Source: Eledone cirrhosa (lineage: Eukaryota). Taken from it: a DNA stretch of 64,000 nucleotides. Positions 53,934 to 64,000 of the stretch are shown piece after piece. The stretch is from contig OZ024740.1 in NCBI GenBank assembly GCA_964016885.1, positions 132,060,001 through 132,124,000 on the forward strand, in the 5' to 3' direction. Under the pieces are notes generated by a model that was given only the letters and a program-made list of their open reading frames with translations, was not told the origin of the DNA and searched no databases. Position 1 is the first letter of the stretch. Every line of letters begins with the position of its first letter. The position numbers and the translations under genes were made by a program.

Positions 53934-53978
53934 ATCTGACAGAGCTCTGTTTCGTACTTTTTGTTACATATCAAAGTT
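53934..53978 (-). ncRNA. Hammerhead, array A copy 3
   Basis: AACT-TTGATAT-GTAA-CAAAAA-GTAC-GAAAC-AGAGCTCT-GTC-AGAT. Confidence 0.6.
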
Positions 53979-54383
53979 AAGTACTCCACCTGTTTGGTGA
54001 AAATCAGAATGTTTGATTCTTCTCGAATTCTAGTAATAATCAGGAACTAATTATACTGAGTAGTTGCCGGTCAAGCAGGAATTGAAAATTAGAATTGGTG
54101 CACTGAAATAGCGATATGTCTGCTGGAAATGTAAAGTAAGTGAGACTGTCACTACGCTAAAACAATAGCGTAAGGTCTTCGAAATGCTTTTAATTAAGCA
54201 TACAGTGTATTGCACAATACACTATATATACATTCATATATATATATCGCTATTTCAGAGCACCAATTCTAATTTTCAATTACTGCTTGACCGGCAACTG
54301 CTATGTATAATCAGTTGCTAATTATTACTAGAATTCTATAAGAATCAAACATTCATGATTTTCAGGAAGCAGGTGGAGTACTT

Positions 54384-54428
54384 AGCTTTGATAAGTACCA
54401 ACAAGTACGAAGCAGAGCTCTGTCACAT
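54384..54428 (+). ncRNA. Hammerhead, array A copy 4 (inverted block)
   Basis: AGCT-TTGATAA-GTAC-CAACAA-GTAC-GAAGC-AGAGCTCT-GTC-ACAT. Confidence 0.65.
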
Positions 54429-54587
54429 TTATCTCTCCTGTTTTCTGAACATTTAAAGTAAGTGAGTCTGTCACTACTATAAAACAATAGCGCAAGCTCT
54501 TCGAAATGCTTTTTAATTGAGCATACAGTGTACTGCAAAATACATTATATATAAATTCATATATATATCGCTATTTCAGAGCACCAA

Positions 54588-54664
<77 letters not shown>

Positions 54665-54809
54665 GTCAATACTCATCTTTTTCCATTTCTCCGAGGGTCC
54701 CTAACTCCACTATCAGGCTAAATAATTTCTTTAATATCTTTAGTCAAAATACGGCGATAACTTACATTTCTAATAATTTCCAACCCACGCGATGTTTAGC
54801 AATTATTCT

Positions 54810-54881
<72 letters not shown>

Positions 54882-55100
54882 TGTATGTATGTATGCGTAC
54901 AAACATATATGTATAGAGACGCACAGTAGTATGTATATATATATACATACATGCACACATATACATATATGCACGTATCGGTTTACCGAACATTTATTAT
55001 AATGCTCGATTTGTTTGTAAACAAACAAACAAACAGCCCGAAATACGCCGTACATTGTTTAGGCAACCACGTCACCTTTTTGTTCTACACTGACACAGGA

Positions 55101-55143
55101 ACGATGTACTAGCTTCAAGCGTATTAGCTATCGTCAGCATCGT
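55101..55143 (-). ncRNA. Minimal type I hammerhead, array B
   Basis: ACGATG-CTGACGA-TAGC-TAATAC-GCTT-GAAGC-TA-GTA-CATCGT. Confidence 0.7.
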
Positions 55144-55848
55144 ATACGTTCCTGTCAGATGGTTGAACGTCTGAAAGTATATAATTTCCTTATGCTTATT
55201 AACGGCTGAGCAGCCTAATTTGTATATCGAGTGAGTTCAGTCGGCCGGGCACACCGAAAACGATAAATGGAATAGAATGAAACGAAATTTCATTTCTCAC
55301 TCTTAGTACGGCACTTACTTAAATGTAAGTATACATGTATACGTACATACATATATGTATACAGACGCAAAGTAGTATGTATACATATACATACATGCAC
55401 ACATATATATATATGCACGTATCGGCTTACCGAACATGTATTATAATGCTCGGTTTGTTTGTTTGTAAACAAACGAACAGCCCGAATTACGCCGTACAGT
55501 GTCTAGGCAACCACGTCACCTTGTTGTTAAACACTGACACAGAAACGATGTACTAGTTTCATGTAACCGATACTTGCATATATATATGTGTTCATGTATG
55601 TATATATATAGATACTACTGTGCGTCTGTATACATATGTATGTACGTATACATACATACATACTTACATTTAAGTAAGTGCCGTACTAAGAGTGAGAAAT
55701 GAAGTTTCGTTTCATTCTATTCCATTTATCGTTTTCGGTGTACCCGGCCGACTGAACTCACTCGATATGCAAATTAGGCTGCTCAGCCGTTATTATGCAT
55801 AAGGAAAGTATATACTTTCAGACGTTCAACCATCTAGAAGGAAGGTAT

Positions 55849-55891
55849 ACGATGCTGACGGTAGCTAATAAGCTTGAAACTAGTACATCAT
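55849..55891 (+). ncRNA. Minimal type I hammerhead, array B
   Basis: ACGATG-CTGACGG-TAGC-TAATAA-GCTT-GAAAC-TA-GTA-CATCAT. Confidence 0.65.
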
Positions 55892-56296
55892 TCCTGTGTC
55901 AGTGTGGAACAAAAAGGTGACGTGGTTGCCTAAACACTGTACGGCGTAATTCGGGCTGTTTCTTTGTTTACAAACAAACAAACCGAGCATTATAATAAAT
56001 GTTCGGTAAACCGATACGTGGATATATATATATATGTGCATGTATGTATATATATACATACTAGTGTACGTCTGTATACATATATGTATGTACGTATACA
56101 TACATACATACTTACATTTAAGTAAGTGTCCTACTAAGAGTAAGAAATGGAATTTCGTTTCTTTCTATTCTATTTATCGTTTTGCGTTTGCCCGGCCGAC
56201 TGAACTCACTATTCATGTAAATTAGGCTGCTCAGCCGTTAATATGCATAAGTAAATTATATACTTTCAGACGTTCAACCATCTGGCAGGAAGGTAT

Positions 56297-56339
56297 ACGA
56301 TGCTAACGATAGCTAATAAGCTTGAAACTAGTACATCGT
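56297..56339 (+). ncRNA. Minimal type I hammerhead, array B
   Basis: ACGATG-CTAACGA-TAGC-TAATAA-GCTT-GAAAC-TA-GTA-CATCGT. Confidence 0.65.
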
Positions 56340-56602
56340 TCCTGTGTCAGTGTTGAACAAAAAGTTGACGTGGTTGACTAAACACTGTACGGCGTAATTC
56401 GGGCTGTTTGTTTGTTTACAAACAAACAAACCAAGCATTATAATAAATGTTTGGTAAACCGATACGTGCATATATATATGCGTGCATGTATGTATATATA
56501 TATACATACTACTGTACGTCTGTATACATATATGTATGTACGTGTACATACTTATATTTAAGTAACAGCCGTACTAAGAGTGGGAATTGAAATTTTGTTT
56601 CA

Positions 56603-56660
<58 letters not shown>

Positions 56661-56664
<4 letters not shown>

Positions 56665-56758
56665 AAAAAGTATGACTCCGACGGCAGAGCTCAAGCTGCT
56701 TCGATGGCTATTTCTGGATTGAGTCCATAAATAGGCGTCGCGTTCATACTTTTTCCTA
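56661..56758. repeat. 98-bp segment with 15-bp perfect terminal inverted repeats
   Basis: TAGGAAAAAGTATGA ... TCATACTTTTTCCTA, with imperfect inward extension (CGACG/CGTCG). Confidence 0.6.
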
Positions 56759-56836
56759 TTTCCCACTCTACTACCCTAAGTATTGAGTACTCTGGTTCGT
56801 TGTTGTCCATCTGGTTCCTTACCTCAATTCCTTTGT

Positions 56837-56868
<32 letters not shown>

Positions 56869-57036
56869 GCATATGTGTGTGCGTGGATGTATATGTGTAT
56901 GTGAATGAGTGTACTTATTTGTTTGATGCACTTTGCACTTTTATATCTATGTATGAGTGTATATGAATGAACGTATAGATGCGCACTTGATTTTTAGTCT
57001 GTGTGGATTTATGGATATGTATATGTGTGTATATAT

Positions 57037-57710
57037 CAAAGGTATATATTTAGTTAGGAACTGAAAATAGTCTCTTACAATTAAATAGCTCAAGGAAAGA
57101 GATTTTTCCGAGCCGTGTAATATAATTGAATATAAAAGAGAGATAAACAGAGATATGTAGATATATGTGTTCAAATCATAAGGGACCAGATTCGCTAGAG
57201 TGAAAATAATACAAACTATGAACAATAGGCTTTGCCAGACTCAATTTAAAAGAATAAATAAATAAAATAAATACAAACCGACTTTGGCAACTGCCAGACA
57301 CCCACATGGCTTTTTGGTGATGCTGTTTCACAATTTTAGTGATGAGAATTATCAATTGTTTTGCTCATCAGTGGGTGTAAATTTAGTAAACCCTTCACTT
57401 CTAAGTATCTCAGAAGACTGAATAGTGTGCGTAAATAAAATAACGCACATGGCATCAGAACTTAGCGCGTGTCATAAACGTATACTACTAAAAATAGCAG
57501 CCAAGTTTACTCGACATTTAAATTAATTCTACAAATTGAAGGAGCCGAATACTTCAAAGGTATATATTGAGTTAGAAAATCAAAATAGTCTCTTACAATT
57601 AAATAGCTCAATGAAAGACATTTTTCCGAGCCGTGTAATATAATTGAATATGGTCCCTTACGATTTGAACACATATATGTATATATCTGTGTTTATCTCT
57701 CTTTTATATA
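57037..57710. repeat. Local duplication with inversion
   Basis: 57037-57132 is directly repeated at 57554-57650; 57130-57188 is inverted at 57651-57710. Confidence 0.8.
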
Positions 57711-57824
57711 CTATTATGTATGTGTGTATATATATTTTTTTTCCGTTAAAAGATGTTATTTTAACTCAGTTTCACCTTCATTTTTAATAGATATCAGTTT
57801 CAAAACTTATATCCAAAATATAAC

Positions 57825-57898
57825 TATTTCATCTGATGAACGGACTGGACGTTTCTGTATAGATCGTCTAGTTTATTGAAACCATTGGTAAAGGAATA
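57825..57898 (+). ncRNA. Type I hammerhead motif
   Basis: TATTTCAT-CTGATGA-ACGGACTGGACG..CGTCTAGTTTATT-GAAAC-CATTG-GTA-AAGGAATA. Confidence 0.6.
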
Positions 57899-58041
57899 AT
57901 GATATTGTGTTGTTTATTATGTAATTGAATACCTCTGTACTATATATGGAACATTCCTCTTTCCTTTACCTTTTCTACGGAAGTAATTTATATATATATG
58001 TGTGTGTGTGTGTGTGCGTGAGTGTATGTGTATGTGTATAC

Positions 58042-58081
<40 letters not shown>

Positions 58082-60475
58082 GCATACACATAGGTGATTA
58101 CATATGTGCATACATACAAACATACATACAAACATACAACACACACATACACACACGAGCATCCCACGAATTTTTTTGTAAATTTGCAATAGAGCTATAC
58201 AGCAAAATAGAGTGAGAGCAATAGTTCCAGTCTGCTATATGCCTAAATAAGTACAAAATACGCCGTATATTTCATTTGAAAGTTTGTTCTTAATTGTTTG
58301 TTTGTTTGTTTGTTTTATTTGTTTAGCAATTGATTTGTCGGAAAATTAATAGGGATGCCTTAAACACATTCTCTGTATTTCTATTTTAGAGATCATGAAG
58401 TAGCATAATTTGATTTCTACTGTATTACGCCTAAGGATGACGTTCTTGAAATATTGACACGAACGCTTAATTTGAAGCGGCACGTCGTAAACTTATACCG
58501 TATTATATCTGTGGTTGTAGGGTTGTTATGAATAGAAGGACATGGAGGAGAAACCTGGCATTGACGTAGAATAATTACGACTCTAAAGAGGTAATGATGG
58601 CCAAAACTACGTGATCAAAATGAACTGCATGACGACGAAAATAGTGATATCGTTGATGAATATTGTGATGATGGTGATTATGGTGATAGTTATGATGGGG
58701 GTGATGATGATGAATATAATGTGTAGGAAGCTGTGAGAAGGTTAATGGTGATTACAAATGGTTATGCTTATAACATCATATTTCGAATTCCAATTAAGTT
58801 TTGTGGATTGACCACCACACATCTCAGACGAGTTGATCAATGTTATAAACTTTGAATATTTTATAATACATTGAAGCTAATCGTAAACGCCCGTGTCTTT
58901 CACTAAAGTTAATAAACTAAGCGAAATACATTTTTACCAACTGTAATCTGACCTGACAGGAATCAATTAATGTGAGTGAGACGTGGACGTAGTGGATAAT
59001 GAATATGTACAAATTGTTGGTAAATGGCAATATCCGAGAATGAATAAATAAAATCCAATGTTTAAGAAGTTTGAGAGACAGGGATAGATACAGAAAAATG
59101 TGAATCATTTAAATATTTGGATTAATAAACATTTTTATCAGGAGTCTCTGAAAAAAAAAAAATCGAATAAAAATAAGATCAGCAAAGAGATAAGATAATG
59201 TGCTTTGAAATTGAATGTTTATTTTTACTTATAACACCTTCATTAAAACAACATAAATCATCTAAAACGTATTGAATAGATATACAGAAATATGTTAATT
59301 TTCTTTACGGGAAACATTTCCCGAATTAGTTATAAAATACGCAAATATAATAAAAATACATAAAACTATTATTTGCCTAAAATAGAAGTATAGATGCAAT
59401 AAAAAAAACAGGCAGCACCTGGTCAATTTGAAAGTTTTCGAATGTGAGAACACACTAAGTGTAAATATACGTATATATATGTCATGTAATTAAATGTATG
59501 TTTATATCTCAAATCCATAGAATTAAAATAAACGAGAATATATTCGATTTCTGTGATTTATACCAAACCCTTGATACTAATAACATATGAGAAAATATGT
59601 GAAGTTTAGTCAACCTTTGTGCAGTAATAAAATAGGAACTGAATAAAATGTCATGTTTCTTAATATAAATTTAAGTCGTATGTACTAGGAAGAACTGAAT
59701 TACTAAATATTAGGTAGTAATGAAAAGTATGAAGTAAATTACATACTAAGCTGAAATTACAATTCGACCTCATCCCTACAATCACGAGCATAGGGAATAT
59801 AAATATTTTAAAATTGAAATATCCATGATGATAGTTTTAACTTATCAGATGATAGCTGTTTCGATATCTATTCCTACACACTCCAATGTGCACAGATGTC
59901 ATATTTCAATCCTGCAAAAAAAATGCGAGACCAGGCCATTATTCTCAGGCTCTGGAAACTCCAATATAGTACACATTAACACAGTTGACTGAGGAACGGT
60001 AAATGATCCCGCCTCTAGTACATATTCCGAAGTGAGGAATCTATGGATTTGGCTGTATTTCGTTGGTGAATTGGCAATAATCGCAATACCTGAATGGTGC
60101 AGGATTCGGAGAATTTGCTTGCATTAAATGGAGTGTGAGCACGACAGATACTAAAGATGGCAAAATGACATTTCCACTATATGGATTGTAATAAAAAAAG
60201 CTTCAACAGAAATGCAACTCTCAAAGTCTCAGTGATTATTTTATGATGAAAGCCTAAGAAAATAACCACCGATAATCACATAGTTCACAGATTTGAATTC
60301 AGAGTGTCACTCCCTTACAAGAATACAGTAAAAACTGGTCAGTTTCCTTTAATCACGGTAAACATACTATGCACAATAACACTAGCTTGAAAAATATGTT
60401 AAAATTCACACATAGAGGGTCTGTCACAATTATGTCTCAGGAACCTCATCTAATCCGCTTTTGAAAACCACCGTG

Positions 60476-60510
<35 letters not shown>

Positions 60511-60632
60511 AGGAGGTGAGTTTTATTGTAGCACAATAAATCAATGCAAATATCGGATAAGTTGCACTCAACAGTTTATTGGACTGGAGTATAAATAATA
60601 TAAGATCAAAAGATGGTTAGAAGAGTTCCATT

Positions 60633-60703
60633 TATTTTGTTATGCGCATTTCAAAAACAAATATCATCACGGGATGATATTTGCGTTCTCATCAAATAAA
60701 ATA
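60633..60703 (-). ncRNA. Type I hammerhead (C3U-damaged copy)
   Basis: TATTTTAT-TTGATGA-GAACGCAAATATCATC/GATGATATTTGTTTTT-GAAA-TGCGCA-TA-ACAAAATA. Confidence 0.65.
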
Positions 60704-60920
60704 GGGAGACATGATACGAAGCTTAAAAAACACTTGCGAGCAGCGAAGTGATAAATCTACATATGAAAAAAAAAAGTTGGATATATGAGATTGGGAAAAA
60801 AAAAGAAGGAAGGGGGAAGGAAAAGATAAGGAAGAGGAAGAAAGAAAATAAAGGCTGACGGGGAAGGAGTATAAGAAGGAAGGATGAGAGAGGAGGAGAA
60901 ATGAGTGAGAGAGAGAGAGA

Positions 60921-60995
<75 letters not shown>

Positions 60996-61524
60996 TTGAA
61001 TACTGAGAAACACTGTTTCACAGAGAGAAATTAAAAACCCCGTTGTAAGATAATACATAATTTAAAATAAATTGAAATTAAAAGTTAATTAGGTTTATGA
61101 ATGGTGATGTTTATGATTAAAGAAAAAGGAATTAAGAATAGTATTTATTTAAGGTTTATATATTGAAGGGTTTAATAATATTTGCGAAAAGAAATTTATT
61201 AATATGTATTATTAAAATTAAAATATTAAGGAGATAAGTTGAATGAAGAAGAGATTAAATCAATTATGAACTTGAAGGAATTAGTTAGGGTCTAAGTTTG
61301 TTTCTATTTATTGTAATATGAAAAAGTAAATAATAGGTTTAATACGACACAGAAGAAGAAAAGAAAGAAAAACATTTAAGGAAGAAAAAATATATAACGT
61401 AAAAAAGAATATATATATATATATATATATGTCTACAATATTTACTAGTGGTCATATTAGTATATATTAAAAATATAGTTTGTATGGCCAAGAATATAAG
61501 GAAAATGCTATAGTGAGTAATAAT

Positions 61525-61695
61525 TGTTTCTACTTTTGGTACAAGGCCAGCAATTACCCAATGGTACTTTATTTTATCGACCCTGTAAGGATGAAAGGCA
61601 AAGTTAACCTCGGCGGGATTTGAACTCAGACCGCAAAGGGACGTAACTATGCTGGAAAGCATGGCGTCCGACCCTCTACCGATACTGCCAATTCA
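61525..61695 (-). mobile_element. SINE in PLE6 left arm
   Basis: TSD TGAGTAATAAT. Confidence 0.9.
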
Positions 61696-61850
61696 TGAGT
61701 AATAATATGAGTTAAGAAATAATTGAGAAGTAAAAGTTACAGATTAAAGATTAGATATTAAAAAAAGAAAAAAGGAAAAAAAGGATTAAAAAAAAAGAAG
61801 AAAAATAGGGGACTACTAACGACATAAAATGAGTAAATTGTATAATATAA

Positions 61851-61946
61851 TTGTTTCTACTTTAGGCACAAGGCCAGCAATTATCCAGTGCATTACTGGT
61901 ACTTTATTTTATCGACCCCGTAAGGATGAAAGGCAAAATCAACCTC
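61851..61946 (-). mobile_element. 5'-truncated SINE in PLE6 left arm only
   Basis: Empty site at ~63125-63135 in the right arm. Confidence 0.85.
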
Positions 61947-63278
61947 AAATATACTGAAATAAGGTAGAAAGATGGGTATATTTGTAAAAGATATAAAAGC
62001 GTTTGAGAAACAAAAAGATTTAAAACTAATTAGGTGGTGAGATATTAGCTGTGTACTTTATGGAAAGTTCTATGGGATTTATGCAAACAGAGCGAAAATA
62101 CATCCATACGTCTATTTATTATAGAATTAAAATTAGAGATAATGGTAAATTTCTCGGCTAGACAGAGATTACATGTTCTGGATAGGGAAGAATTTCGGTA
62201 AGGAGAGGCGTTGCAAACCTTCCTCCAAGAAATGTTGTAGTTAATATTTTTGTCTTTTAAGGACAATATGAGTTCTGAAAGTGCCGTGTTAGTTCTTTTA
62301 AGTTGGTATTTAAAAAGACGAATTGTGATTATAAAATCTTGCTTTAAAGGAAGTGGAACCAAAATAGGTAAAAGAATTAGTACCAGTTATAATCTTACAT
62401 TCATACATCACATTTTTATCAAGACATTGGTTATTAAGAGGACATTTAGTTCTAACAGGGCAATTACAATTACGATTAGAGAAATTATCAGAGTTATTAA
62501 CAAGTGACCTAGTATTATTTATAGAAGGAATTGGATTGGAGAAGTTATTTACGATAGGTGCTAAAGTTTCCTGATTTAGAATGGTGTTCTGAACATTCAA
62601 CAAAGTTACGTTTGACGTGGTATTTAAATTTATTGAATCTAGCCCAGAGTTAACATTGACGTCGTGTTTACTATTGCTATTATTATGACGCTCAGTGTTG
62701 GATGGATATAATTTATTATTTAATATGTTATTATTATATTTAGAGATGATGGTAGAGATGTTGGAAGTGGTGGAATAAGAGAATTTGACTGTATGTGTGT
62801 TAAAGATCTTACTATAGATATGCGAGGGAGGGAAGCATTTATCTAAGGCCCTAAAAATAGTTTAGGAATATTACTAGTAATAGATAGAGAAAAAGGAGCG
62901 TTGTACCAAAACACATTTTTGTATGTAGTATTTTATTTAGGTTATTGGAATGAATAGGCGTATGGATGTATTTTCGCTCTGCTTGCACGTATGGATGTAT
63001 TTTCGCTCTGCTTTCCATAAAGTATACAGCTAATATCTCACCACCTAATTAGTTTAAAATTTTTTTTTCTCAAACGCTTTTATATCTTTTACAAATATAC
63101 CCATCTTTCTACCTTATTTCAGTATATTATATTATACAATTTACTCATTCTATGTCGTTAGTGGTCCCCTATTTTTCTTCTTTTTTCATCCTTTTTTTCC
63201 TTTTTTCTTTTTTTAATTTCTAATCTCTAATCTGTAACTTTTACTTCTCAATTACTTCTTAACTCATAGTATTACTCA

Positions 63279-63384
63279 ATCCCGCCGTGGTTGACTTTGT
63301 CTTTCATTCTGACGGGGTCGATGACATAAAGTACCAGTAATACACTGGGTAATTGCTGGCCTTGTGCCTAAAGTAGAAACAATT
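63279..63384 (+). mobile_element. Partial SINE in PLE6 right arm at the same site as 61525-61695
   Basis: Same flanks (GCTATAGTGAGTA.. / TGAGTAATA.TATGAGTTAAG). Confidence 0.85.
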
Positions 63385-63763
63385 ACTACTCACTATAGCA
63401 TTTTGCTTATATTCTTGGCCATACAAACTATATATTTAATATATACTAATATGACCACTAGTAAATATTGTAGACATATATATATTTTTTTTTTTGACGT
63501 TATATATTTTTTTCTTCCTTAAATGTTCTTCTTTCTTCTCTCCTTCCGTGCTCGTATTAAACCTATTATTTATTACAATAAATAGAAACAAACTTAAACC
63601 CTAACTAATTCCTCTAAGTTCATAATTCATTTAATCTCTTCTTCATTCAACTTATCTCCTTAATATTTTAATTTTAATAATACATATTAATAAATTCCTT
63701 TTCGCAAATATTATTAAACCCTTCAATATATAAACCTTAAATAAGCTTCATATCATGTCTCCC

Positions 63764-63834
63764 TATTTTATCTGATGAGAATGCAAATATCATCCCATGA
63801 TGATATTTGTTTTTGAAATGTGCATAATAAAATA
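63764..63834 (+). ncRNA. Type I hammerhead, AUA triplet
   Basis: TATTTTAT-CTGATGA-GAATGCAAATATCATC-CCAT-GATGATATTTGTTTTT-GAAA-TGTGCA-TA-ATAAAATA; 8-bp stem I, 16-bp stem II. Confidence 0.78.
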
Positions 63835-63878
63835 CATGGAAGTATGTTAACCATCTTTTGATCTTATATATATATATT

Positions 63879-63945
63879 GAGGAAACGTTCCCTGGCAAAC
63901 AACGGAAAAAACGAAGATATTACGTCATATATTTGGAGCGGTGTT
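63879..63945 (-). mobile_element. Short fragment of a PLE2-family pseudo-LTR
   Basis: Reverse complement CCGCTCCAAATATATGACGTAATATCTTCGTTTTTTCCGTT..GCCAGGGAACGTTTCC matches 15252-15312. Confidence 0.75.
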
Positions 63946-64000
63946 ATATATATATAACATCCGCAGTACCTTCGGAATCCCCCAACGATGGATGTGAGAT

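Larger units (their letters stand above)
53042..54594. mobile_element. Retrozyme-like tandem array A: ~320-bp unit, ~3.4 units then ~1.5 inverted units (switch at ~54118-54121), one hammerhead per full unit
   Basis: Hammerheads at 53295-53339, 53615-53659, 53934-53978 (minus) and 54384-54428 (plus); no meaningful ORF; ends at (TA)n. Confidence 0.85.
54880..56607. mobile_element. Retrozyme-like tandem array B: ~445-bp unit, ~1.5 units then ~2.3 inverted units (switch at ~55562), one hammerhead per unit
   Basis: Hammerheads at 55101-55143 (minus), 55545-55561 (half, at the junction), 55849-55891 and 56297-56339 (plus); (TA)n on both sides. Confidence 0.85.
60598..63870 (-). mobile_element. Penelope-like element 6: 3' GIY-YIG portion plus long inverted copy of its 3' end (~62955-63870)
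   Basis: ORFs 62310-62603 (NCNCPVRTKCPLNNQC..NVMYEC..YFGST) and 62045-62362 (CNLCLAEK..CLH); 62955-63870 is the reverse complement of 60598-62115 with deletions; one hammerhead per arm. Confidence 0.9.

Noticed and set aside
55335-56549. Repeated 73-aa ORF in array B (and 53506-53715 in array A)
   Set aside because: Half microsatellite, antisense to the ribozyme strand and not kept in all units; no evidence of coding.
53042-56607. CRISPR-like array or simple satellite interpretation
   Set aside because: Eukaryotic context, 320-450-bp units with no unique spacers and no cas genes; ribozyme motifs and inversion geometry favour retroelement origin.
59845-59915. Possible hammerhead on minus strand (GAAAC-AGCT-ATC)
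   Set aside because: No recognisable CUGANGA and the cleavage-site pairing is broken.
60725-61145. Segment missing from the right arm of PLE6 as a spliced intron
   Set aside because: Boundaries are not GT-AG on the sense strand; TAA microhomology suggests a deletion.

Overview
AT-rich, repeat-dominated animal genomic DNA. The (TA)n/(CA)n/(GATA)n load and the tRNA-derived SINE suggest an octopus-like cephalopod (inference only). No intact host gene can be supported, and most predicted ORFs are microsatellite or antisense artefacts. The window holds six Penelope-like retroelements (RT + GIY-YIG; one near full length at ~14.5-18.9 kb), two diverged Tx1/L1-clade LINEs head-to-tail between (GATA)n tracts (27.3-38.8 kb), a third Tx1 relic, an internally deleted Helitron, RTE and CR1/L2 LINE fragments and ~14 SINEs. 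The main unannotated signal, found by eye on both strands, is ~24 type I hammerhead-ribozyme motifs in ~13 sequence families. These include two non-coding tandem arrays (~320 bp and ~445 bp units, one hammerhead per unit, each array flipping orientation midway) that look like retrozyme-like non-autonomous retroelements, plus non-canonical cores (U3-A8 covariation in two families, a fixed U4A variant, very long stem II inserts). Coordinates were counted by hand and may be off by a few bases; no folding or database search was run.
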